This document shows, piece after piece, positions 41,533 to 48,535 of a stretch of 64,000 bases of DNA. The notes under the pieces are model-generated. The model had not been told where the DNA came from. It made no database searches and saw only the letters and a list, made by a program, of their open reading frames with translations. The DNA comes from Steroidobacteraceae bacterium. Lineage in GTDB: Bacteria; Pseudomonadota; Gammaproteobacteria; Steroidobacterales; Steroidobacteraceae. How positions within the stretch are numbered: the first letter of the stretch is position 1; every line of letters begins with the position of its first letter. The DNA lies in NCBI GenBank assembly GCA_036781365.1, contig DAIQBB010000007.1:18169-82168 (forward strand), read 5' to 3'. The position numbers and the translations under genes were made by a program.

Positions 41533-41607
41533 GCGGGGGACGAGGACAAATATTCCCTGAGTTCGACGGATGACCTGGTCATCGCCGGTCCCGCCACTTC
41601 CAGCCGG

Positions 41608-42183
41608 TCATCTTCGAATGCCAACGAGTCCGAAATGAAACGGCGGTAGCTCCACCTGCGGTAAATGGACATCTATGCCTGCTTGTTCCATCCAATTCCG
41701 GCACTGCTCCGGGCGCGGCCGGATTGCGAGGTCCGGGCCGCGCGGGGTTTTCGCATCGTGCACCCAGTGGATGACGGCCAGCAGTCCGCGCGGCGCCAGC
41801 ACCCGATGAGCCTCGCGCAGCATCGGCATCGGTTCCTCCGCGTGCAGCACGTTGAAGAGCATTGCGTAGCCGACGGACGCGTCCGGCAGGCCCGTACCCG
41901 CGGTATCGAAGTCGCGTTGAATAGCCCGGACGTTCGCGAGGCCTAGCGACGCGGCCCGCGCGGCCGTGGCGGCAACCATCTCGGGATCGAGATCGACCGC
42001 CGTGACGACGCCTGTCGTCCGTGCCGCCGCTGCGACTGTGAACGTGCCGTAGCCGCAACCGAAATCCACGACGTCGGCGCGATCATCGAACGCGAGCTTG
42101 TCGAGAATCGCGCGAGGATCGAAGAATCCATCCCAGGTCACGACGTCCGGCATGCCGCTATCGCGCACCCTCATCGGAGTCAA
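41608..42183 (-). CDS. Class I SAM-dependent methyltransferase
   Basis: 191 aa with SAM motif I VVDFGCGYGTFT. It starts 9 nt after the rpiA stop on the same strand. Confidence 0.8.
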   Translation of the reverse strand: MTPMRVRDSGMPDVVTWDGFFDPRAILDKLAFDDRADVVDFGCGYGTFTVAAAARTTGVVTAVDLDPEMVAATAARAASLGLANVRAIQRDFDTAGTGLPDASVGYAMLFNVLHAEEPMPMLREAHRVLAPRGLLAVIHWVHDAKTPRGPDLAIRPRPEQCRNWMEQAGIDVHLPQVELPPFHFGLVGIRR

Positions 42184-42192
42184 CCGAACGGC

Positions 42193-42852
42193 TCAGCGCC
42201 CGAGGGTACGTACGCCGCTGTCGCCGGCAACCAGCAGTACGTCTGCCCCGCGTCTCGCAAACAGCCCGACCTCGACCACTCCGACAATGAGCCCGATCTG
42301 CGCCTCGAGTGCGGCGGGGTCGGTGATCTTGAGGTTGTGTACGTCGAGGATCTCGTTCCCGTTGTCCGTCTTGAACCCCTGTCGCAGGACTGGCTGACCC
42401 CCGAGGCCGGCGAGCTTGCGCGCGACCATTGAGCGCGCCATCGGGATCACTTCGACGGGGAGGGGGAAGCGCCCGAGCACGTCCACGAGCTTGGAATCGT
42501 CGACGATGCAGACAAACCGGCGACTGGCCGCAGCCACTATCTTTTCCCGGGTCAGCGCGCCACCGCCGCCCTTGATCAGCGCGAGGTGACGGGTCGCTTC
42601 GTCGGCTCCGTCCACGTAGAGCGAGAGATCGCCGGTGTCATTGAGCGCCAGGACCTCGATTCCAGCGACTTTCAGGAGTCGCGTGCTCGCTTCCGAAGAG
42701 GAGACGGCACCTGCGATCCTGCTGCGCCGATCCTTCAATGCCGCGATGAAATGATTGACGGTGGACCCCGTGCCGACGCCGACCGTCATCCCGTCCTCGA
42801 CGTATTCGAGTGCGGCGAGTGCGGCGGCTTTCTTCTTCGAGTCGGCGTCCAT
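42193..42852 (-). CDS. rpiA: Ribose-5-phosphate isomerase A
   Basis: 219 aa: ...[20 protein letters not shown]...[11 protein letters not shown]. Confidence 0.95.
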   Translation of the reverse strand: MDADSKKKAAALAALEYVEDGMTVGVGTGSTVNHFIAALKDRRSRIAGAVSSSEASTRLLKVAGIEVLALNDTGDLSLYVDGADEATRHLALIKGGGGALTREKIVAAASRRFVCIVDDSKLVDVLGRFPLPVEVIPMARSMVARKLAGLGGQPVLRQGFKTDNGNEILDVHNLKITDPAALEAQIGLIVGVVEVGLFARRGADVLLVAGDSGVRTLGR

Positions 42853-42865
42853 TTCCTGGCTCCGG

Positions 42866-42895
42866 AAAAAACTGTGCCCGCGAAAGCGGGCACAG
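42866..42895 (-). terminator. Rho-independent terminator (minus strand) 14 nt upstream of the rpiA start
   Basis: The minus-strand RNA reads cugugcccgc-uuuc-gcgggcacag followed by uuuuuu. The stem is perfect over 10 bp. Confidence 0.7.
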
Positions 42896-42966
42896 TCTCA
42901 TCATCTTGCTGAACCGGCGGTTGGTAGTCTCTCGATCAGCCAACCACCGATCCATCAGGCAAAGAG

Positions 42967-43014
42967 CTTACTTCTTCTTGGAAGCCTTCTTCTTTGCCTT
43001 CTTCTTGGTCGCCA
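42967..43014 (-). CDS. Candidate 15-codon lysine-rich micro-ORF (MATKKKAKKKASKKK)
   Basis: atg gcg acc aag aag aag gca aag aag aag gct tcc aag aag aag taa. GGAGA lies 6 nt upstream of the ATG. The ORF is below the length cut-off of the ORF track. No homology is claimed. Confidence 0.35.
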
Positions 43015-43049
43015 TGTTGGATCTCCATGTCGGTGTTAATCCGAGGTCG

Positions 43050-43077
43050 GAGTATATACATGGTTGACGGGAATGCA
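43050..43077 (-). promoter_or_regulatory. Near-consensus sigma70 promoter driving the micro-ORF / rpiA leader
   Basis: On the minus strand: TTGCAT (43077-72), a 16-nt spacer, then TATACT (43055-50). It sits in an AT-rich patch that is conspicuous in this GC-rich DNA. This is pattern match only. Confidence 0.4.
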
Positions 43078-43110
43078 AGCAAGGGGTATGCGCATCACGC
43101 GTCGATCACT

Positions 43111-43593
43111 TCACTTCGTCACGTCTTCATGCGCGAGTCGATGAATGAATTTCCATTCGTCGGCGGTGACGGGCATCACCGAAAGCCGATTGCCTCGACG
43201 CAGCACGATGAGATTGCGCAATGGTCCATCGGCGTGCTCGCGCAGCATCTCGAGCGTCACCGGATGCGCGAACTTGCGCAGCAGTTTCACCTCGACCTGG
43301 TACCAGCGTGGGTTGGAAGGATCGCTGCCGGCGTCGTAGTGCCTGTGCTTGCGCATGAATGCGGTTGGATCGGGATGGCCGGCGCGAAAGACCTCCATCG
43401 TCCCGTATATACCGGGCGTTTCGCAGCTTGAATGATGGAAGAAAGCGCGGTCGCCGAGCGCGAAATCGTCGCGCAGCATGTTCCGCGCCTGGTAGTTGCG
43501 CACGCCGTCCCAACCGGCCGTATGTCCCGGCGATCGGGCCAGGTGTTCGATGCCGAAGGTGTCGGGCTCCGATTTCATAAGCCAGTAATTCAT
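43111..43593 (-). CDS. EVE-domain protein (PUA-like, DUF55)
   Basis: 160 aa: MNYWLMKSEPDTFGIEHL...GWDGVRNYQARNMLRD...AFFHHS. Confidence 0.85.
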   Translation of the reverse strand: MNYWLMKSEPDTFGIEHLARSPGHTAGWDGVRNYQARNMLRDDFALGDRAFFHHSSCETPGIYGTMEVFRAGHPDPTAFMRKHRHYDAGSDPSNPRWYQVEVKLLRKFAHPVTLEMLREHADGPLRNLIVLRRGNRLSVMPVTADEWKFIHRLAHEDVTK

Positions 43594-44165
43594 CGGCCGG
43601 TTTCCGCTTTCTGCGCGGCCGCCTTGCCATAGATGCCGCGCTCGGTGACGACGCCCCAGAGCGGCACGTCATGCGCCGCTTCAGCGAGCCGATCGACCCG
43701 CTGCACGTCGAATGCAAGGCCCACCAGCAGGGGTTTTCGCCAGGCGGTGCGATGCCGCAGGAATGCGAAATGGCGATCGTAGAACCCGGCTCCCATGCCG
43801 AGCCGGTGTCCGCGCGCATCGAAGCCGACGAGCGGCACCAGGACGAGGTCGAGCCAGCGCGGGTTGATCGTGTTCCCGCCGCTCCCGGCCGTGGGCGCGA
43901 CGAAACGCATCCGTCGCGCGCGCAGGCTCGTGATCACCGGGTAATAGACCTCGCAACCAAGCAGGCGGGCACGTCGAAGCACGCTCGAAGGGTCGACCTC
44001 CCCGTCGAAGGGATGGAAGGCCGAGATCCGGCCGTTCGCGCGCGGCAGCCCGATGCTCGCCAGCGCGCGATCGATGGCCGCCGCCGCGGCCCGGCGCTCG
44101 CCCGCCGGCACCGCGCGTCGCAGGGCGCGCAGGCGCTGCCGGATCGCGCGCCGCTCGTCAGTCAT
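43590..44165 (-). CDS. ygfA: 5-formyltetrahydrofolate cyclo-ligase
   Basis: 191 aa with ...LDLVLVPLVGFDARGHRLGMGAGFYDR... It lies downstream of 6S RNA, as in E. coli. Confidence 0.88.
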   Translation of the reverse strand: MTDERRAIRQRLRALRRAVPAGERRAAAAAIDRALASIGLPRANGRISAFHPFDGEVDPSSVLRRARLLGCEVYYPVITSLRARRMRFVAPTAGSGGNTINPRWLDLVLVPLVGFDARGHRLGMGAGFYDRHFAFLRHRTAWRKPLLVGLAFDVQRVDRLAEAAHDVPLWGVVTERGIYGKAAAQKAETGR

Positions 44166-44177
44166 GGCAGAAGTCGA

Positions 44178-44372
44178 GAGGCGCCACCCGCACGTGCCGT
44201 GCCGGGTCGTTGCTCTCGAACCGGAGCAACAGGTGGAGCAGGCCGTGGCACTTAAGGCTTTCCGCTACGAGGCGGACCTGCACAATACTGCCGCTAAGCC
44301 AGGCCCCTGGGTTTTTCACATTAGGGTCGAGAGGTTTCCAGACCCGAATCGAACACCGCAGGTGGCGCCAAA
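44178..44372 (-). ncRNA. ssrS: 6S RNA (SsrS); ends approximate (+/-10 nt)
   Basis: It lies between zapA and ygfA on the same strand, the E. coli ssrS position. The minus-strand RNA has a long closing stem (ggcgccaccugcggug ... cacgugcggguggcgcc). Its segment GGAAAGCCUUAAGUGCC resembles E. coli 6S GAGAAGCCUUAAAACUGC. It also has an internal hairpin uugcuc-cgguucgag-agcaa. Confidence 0.8.
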
Positions 44373-44411
44373 CCGTCGACGCTCGCGCATGCGGCGCGAG
44401 TCGCCATTTAT

Positions 44412-44726
44412 TCAATTCCCCAGCGACTGGCTGCGTGTCAGCGCGGATTCCACGCGCTCGCGCATGGCCTTGATCCGCGCGGCCAGGTCGGTTTCGACCC
44501 CCTCGTCGTGGCCGCGCGCCTGCAGCAGCTCGTTGACGATGTTGAGGGCCGCCATCACGGCGATGCGGTCGAGGCCGATCACCTTTCCGCTGTCCCGGAT
44601 CTCCCGCATCTTGCGATTCAGGTACTCCGCCGAATCGAGCAGCGCGGGGCGCTCTTCGACGGGACAGGTGACGTGGTAGTCCTTCTCGAGGATACGCACG
44701 CTGACCCGACTCGGATCGCCGCTCAT
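44412..44726 (-). CDS. zapA: Cell division protein ZapA
   Basis: 104 aa: ...VSVRILEKDYHVTCPVEERPALLDSAEYLNRKMREIR... Confidence 0.9.
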   Translation of the reverse strand: MSGDPSRVSVRILEKDYHVTCPVEERPALLDSAEYLNRKMREIRDSGKVIGLDRIAVMAALNIVNELLQARGHDEGVETDLAARIKAMRERVESALTRSQSLGN

Positions 44727-44953
44727 GCGCCGCTCTCCATGGCCTTCAATCGGCCGATCATTGCTTCGACCCGCGCGCGCACCTGTTCGTTCTTCTGCAT
44801 CAGCGTCGCCCGCTCGGCGGAGAGAGTGTCCTGCCGCTGGCGCAGTGCGCGATTCTCTTCCTTGAGTTGGGCGACCACACCGACCAGCTCGTCGAGGCGG
44901 CGTTCGAGCCGCTTGAACTCGCGTTCGAGACTGGGCTTGCTGGACTCGTCCAT
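44723..44953 (-). CDS. Small coiled-coil protein upstream of zapA (TIGR02449/ZapB-like)
   Basis: Internal ATG at 44953 giving 76 aa with heptad-rich LEREFKRLERRLDELVGVVAQLKEENRALRQRQ... It has a 4-nt overlap with zapA. Confidence 0.7.
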   Translation of the reverse strand: MDESSKPSLEREFKRLERRLDELVGVVAQLKEENRALRQRQDTLSAERATLMQKNEQVRARVEAMIGRLKAMESGA

Positions 44954-45002
44954 GGCGCCACTATGCTGCCACGACCCGCTGTTTACTGCTACCGTTCGCG
45001 GG

Positions 45003-45542
45003 ATGACACATGGGGAGTTGCAGGACGCCCTCGCGCGGATGAATTTGACAGTCGACGCGGCCGAGGCCCACGGCTGGCTTTGCGGGGCCCTCTGCGCGCG
45101 CAAGGATTATGACGCGAGGCAATGGCTCGCGGACCTCGCCGCCGATGCGGGTATCGAGGCGGTAGCGCCCGCGCCGGACGATGCGCTTCGGGGACTTCCG
45201 GCACAGACGCTCGAGGCCTTGCTCTCGCCGGATTTCGAGTTTGCACCGCTCTTGCCGGTCGAGCACGCGCCGCTCAGAGATCGGGTCGTGGCGCTCGCCG
45301 CCTGGTGCGGCGGATTCCTCTATGGAATTGGAACGGGTGTCTCCGGTCAGGCAATCGAGAAGGCGGGCGACGTCGGTGAGTACCTGCGCGACCTCGCGGA
45401 CATCGCGCGGGTGGAGCTCGAGCCGGACCGCAATACCGATGCCGGCGAGGGTGACTTCGCGGAGCTCTTTGAGTTCGTGCGCGCGGGGGCACAACTGGCG
45501 TTCGATGAACTCGAGGCAACGAGGATCCATGCAGCGGGATGA
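45003..45542 (+). CDS. ygfB: UPF0149 family protein YgfB
   Basis: Internal ATG at 45003 (MTHGELQDALARMNLTVDAAEAHGWLCG...). It is divergent from the zapA unit and upstream of pepP, as in E. coli. Confidence 0.85.
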   Translation: MTHGELQDALARMNLTVDAAEAHGWLCGALCARKDYDARQWLADLAADAGIEAVAPAPDDALRGLPAQTLEALLSPDFEFAPLLPVEHAPLRDRVVALAAWCGGFLYGIGTGVSGQAIEKAGDVGEYLRDLADIARVELEPDRNTDAGEGDFAELFEFVRAGAQLAFDELEATRIHAAG

Positions 45543-46836
45543 ATTTGCGAAGCGCCGGCGCCAGCTCATGCGCCTGATGGGCAAGGACGCGATCGCGATC
45601 CTGCCGGCGGCCCCGGTGCGTACGCGCAACAACGACGTCGAGTACAACTACCGGCCCGACAGCGATTTCTATTACCTGACGTCGTTCGCGGAGCCCGAGG
45701 CGGTCGCCGTGCTGCTGCCGGGCCGGCCGCAGGGAGAGTACGTGTTGTTCGTCCGCGACCGCGACCCGGCGCGCGAGGCCTGGGATGGGGCGCGCGCAGG
45801 CCCCGACGGTGCGGTCAGGGATTACGGCGCGAACGACGCCTTCCCCGTCGGCGACATCGACGAGATCCTGCCGGGTCTCCTCGAGCGATGCTCCCGTGTC
45901 TTCTACACGATGGGCGCGCACCCGGAATTCGACAGGCGCGTGATCGGCTGGGTCAATCACCTGCGGTCGCAGGGCAAGCAGGGCATGCGCACGCCGCACG
46001 AGTTCGTGGCGCTGGATCACCCGCTGCACGAGATGCGGCTCTTCAAGAGCCGCGCGGAGCTGGTCGCCATGCGCCGCTCCGCGGCGATCGCCTGCGCCGC
46101 TCACCGCCGGGCGCTCGCATCCGCCCGCCCGGGTCGCATGGAATACGAGGTGATGGCGGACATCCTCCACGAATTCCACCGGCGGCGCGCGGACATCGCG
46201 TATTACCCGATCGTCGGCAGCGGCCCGAACTCCTGCGTGCTGCACTACCGCGACAACAGCCGCCAGATGCAGGAAGGGGAACTGCTCCTGATCGACGCCG
46301 GTTGTGAGTTCGACTATTACGCCTCAGACGTGACCCGCACGCTGCCTGTCAGCGGCCGCTACGGCCGGCGCCAGCGCGCCGTCTACGAAATCGTGCTGGA
46401 AGCGCAGCACGCGGCGATCGCGAAGGTCCGCGCGGGCGCCCACTGGAACGAGCCGCACCAGGCAGCCGTGCGCGCGATTACGAAAGGACTGGTGCGCATT
46501 GGGCTGCTGAAGGGCCGGGTGCCGAAGCTGATCAAGGACGGCGCCTACCGGCAGTTCTTCATGCATCGCGTCGGACACTGGCTTGGCATGGACGTCCATG
46601 ACGTGGGCGAATACAAGGTCGGGGAGCAATGGCGGCTGCTAGAGCCCGGCATGGTCACGACCATCGAGCCCGGCATCTACATTGCGCCGGGTCACAAGAG
46701 CGTACGCCGCGAATGGTGGGGCATTGGCATTCGCATCGAGGACGACGTCGTCGTGACGTCCGGGGAGCCGGAGGTCCTGACGGCCGACATGCCGACCGAT
46801 CCGGACGAGATCGAGAGACTGATGGCGGCCGCTTGA
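45529..46836 (+). CDS. pepP: Xaa-Pro aminopeptidase
   Basis: Internal ATG at 45529 (MQRDEFAKRRRQLM...) giving 435 aa with M24 motifs DAGCEFDYYASDVTRT, HRVGHWLGMDVHD and GMVTTIEPGIY. Confidence 0.95.
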   Translation: MQRDEFAKRRRQLMRLMGKDAIAILPAAPVRTRNNDVEYNYRPDSDFYYLTSFAEPEAVAVLLPGRPQGEYVLFVRDRDPAREAWDGARAGPDGAVRDYGANDAFPVGDIDEILPGLLERCSRVFYTMGAHPEFDRRVIGWVNHLRSQGKQGMRTPHEFVALDHPLHEMRLFKSRAELVAMRRSAAIACAAHRRALASARPGRMEYEVMADILHEFHRRRADIAYYPIVGSGPNSCVLHYRDNSRQMQEGELLLIDAGCEFDYYASDVTRTLPVSGRYGRRQRAVYEIVLEAQHAAIAKVRAGAHWNEPHQAAVRAITKGLVRIGLLKGRVPKLIKDGAYRQFFMHRVGHWLGMDVHDVGEYKVGEQWRLLEPGMVTTIEPGIYIAPGHKSVRREWWGIGIRIEDDVVVTSGEPEVLTADMPTDPDEIERLMAAA

Positions 46837-48062
46837 GCGCCCGGGCGACGACACGCTGCGACGTGGCGATTGCCGGTGGCGGCATGGTCGGTATGTCCCT
46901 GGCGGCAGCGCTGGCCCAGCTTCCGCTGGATGTCGTCGTCATCGAGCCCGTCGCCGCGGATTCCGAGGCGCAGCCGAGCTTCGATTCGCGTACGACGGCG
47001 CTCTCGAGCGGCAGCCGGCGCGTGCTCGAAGCCATCGGCGCATGGTCCGCCATCGCGGGCCAGGCCACGCCGATCCGGCGCATCCACGTGTCCGAACGCG
47101 GCGTCTTCGGTACGGCGACCCTGACGGCGGATGAGCAGGGCGTACCTTCACTCGGCTATACGATTGAGAACCGCCTTCTGGGCAAGGCCTTGCGCGAACG
47201 CGTCGCCGCTTTTCCGAGGCTCCGTGTCTGCAATGCACGTGTCGTCGAGTTGGAGCCGGGCAAGGATGTCATTCGGCTCCGGACCGACGCCGGCGAAACC
47301 CATGAGGCCCGCCTGGTGGTTGCGGCAGACGGCGCGCAGTCTGCAGTGCGCACCGCCCTTGGCATCGGGGCGAGCGTTTCCGATTACGGCCAGCACGCGA
47401 TCATCGCCCACGTCGATACCACGCGGTTCCACGACTACACCGCCTACGAGCGATTCACGCCGGACGGACCGCTCGCGGTGCTGCCGATTGCAGAGGGGCG
47501 CTCAGCCGTCGTCTGGACACTCGCACCGGAAGCGGCGCGCCGCGTGCTGGCCCTCGATGATCCGGCCTTCCTTGCCGAACTCCAGGGGGCCTTCGGGCTG
47601 CGGCTTGGGCGATTCACGCATGTCGGCCGCCGCCAAAGCTATCCGCTTGCCCTCACGCGAGCGGAGCGCCTGACGGCGCCCCGCGCCGCGATCCTCGGCA
47701 ATGCCGCGCAAGCCCTCCATCCCGTCGCCGGCCAGGGTTTCAATCTCGCACTCCGCGACGTCGCAATGATCGCGGAGCTCATTGCAGGAGCGGATGACGG
47801 CGACCCGGGGGCCGCTCCGCTGCTCGAGCGATACGCCGCGTGGCGCGGCCCGGACCGGAACGCGGTCATCCGCTTCACCGACGCGCTGGTTCGCGGCTTC
47901 GGCCTTCCATTTGCGCCGCTGCGCCTCGCGCGCGGCGGAGGCCTCCTCGCCTTCGACCTGCTGCGGCCGGTCAAGCACGAATTTGCGCGCCGCACGATGG
48001 GACTCGCGGGCCGGCAGCCGCGTCTCGTGCGCGGGCTGCCGCTAGCGCGCGATCTCGCGTGA
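46833..48062 (+). CDS. ubiH: 2-octaprenyl-6-methoxyphenol hydroxylase (FAD monooxygenase)
   Basis: FAD fold DVAIAGGGMVGMSLAAAL. The probable TTG start at 46833 overlaps the pepP stop, and a GTG at ~46860 is an alternative. It follows pepP, as in E. coli. Confidence 0.88.
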   Translation: MSARATTRCDVAIAGGGMVGMSLAAALAQLPLDVVVIEPVAADSEAQPSFDSRTTALSSGSRRVLEAIGAWSAIAGQATPIRRIHVSERGVFGTATLTADEQGVPSLGYTIENRLLGKALRERVAAFPRLRVCNARVVELEPGKDVIRLRTDAGETHEARLVVAADGAQSAVRTALGIGASVSDYGQHAIIAHVDTTRFHDYTAYERFTPDGPLAVLPIAEGRSAVVWTLAPEAARRVLALDDPAFLAELQGAFGLRLGRFTHVGRRQSYPLALTRAERLTAPRAAILGNAAQALHPVAGQGFNLALRDVAMIAELIAGADDGDPGAAPLLERYAAWRGPDRNAVIRFTDALVRGFGLPFAPLRLARGGGLLAFDLLRPVKHEFARRTMGLAGRQPRLVRGLPLARDLA

Positions 48063-48535
48063 AGTTGCATCGAAACGCTAAGAGTGGAATTTCAGGTTAC
48101 AAGTCGACAACAACCGGTTGCCACCCGAGCATGTCCCACGAACTTGAAAACTAGTATCGCTTGTTTGGCTTCTGCGGCCAGCCTGTTTTCCAGTCTGAAC
48201 GCTGCGGCGGTTGATTACGCCGAGGAGTGAACTAGGGATGATTCAAGCGGCGCGCGCGATCGCTTGGTCATGTCGTTCCTCCTTCCGGAGTTATAGCCTC
48301 GCTTCCATCAGCGGGGTCGCCACCTATTCCGTTGATTCAACTTCCGGGGCCATGTCTTCGTGCTGCTTGGTTAAGTGGCTTTTGACAGAAGATCGACACC
48401 ACCAAAGTGCTGGGGGCCATTCAAGCAAACGAGAACGCGCAGCTGCGCGCTGGCGTATTCTTGCGTTTCGGGTCGGGTTCCCTGTCTTGGCGTCCACCAA
48501 CGCCTCACAAATACAAGGAATGTGAAGCAACGGAT

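Noticed and set aside
41418-42183. tRNA-Gln as an integration site for a genomic island, with a methyltransferase next to it
   Set aside because: There is no integrase, and no direct repeat of the tRNA 3' end was found by eye downstream. The methyltransferase is GC-typical and tightly linked (9 nt) to rpiA on the opposite strand.
42968-43107. Longer version of the micro-ORF starting at the in-frame TTG 43077 (36 codons)
   Set aside because: That TTG coincides with the predicted -35 hexamer and has no SD. The ATG at 43014 has a well-spaced GGAGA.
44158-44415. 85-aa ORF between ygfA and zapA
   Set aside because: The region is better explained by the 6S RNA gene, given its position, closing stem and GCCUUAA segment. 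There is no RBS or protein similarity.
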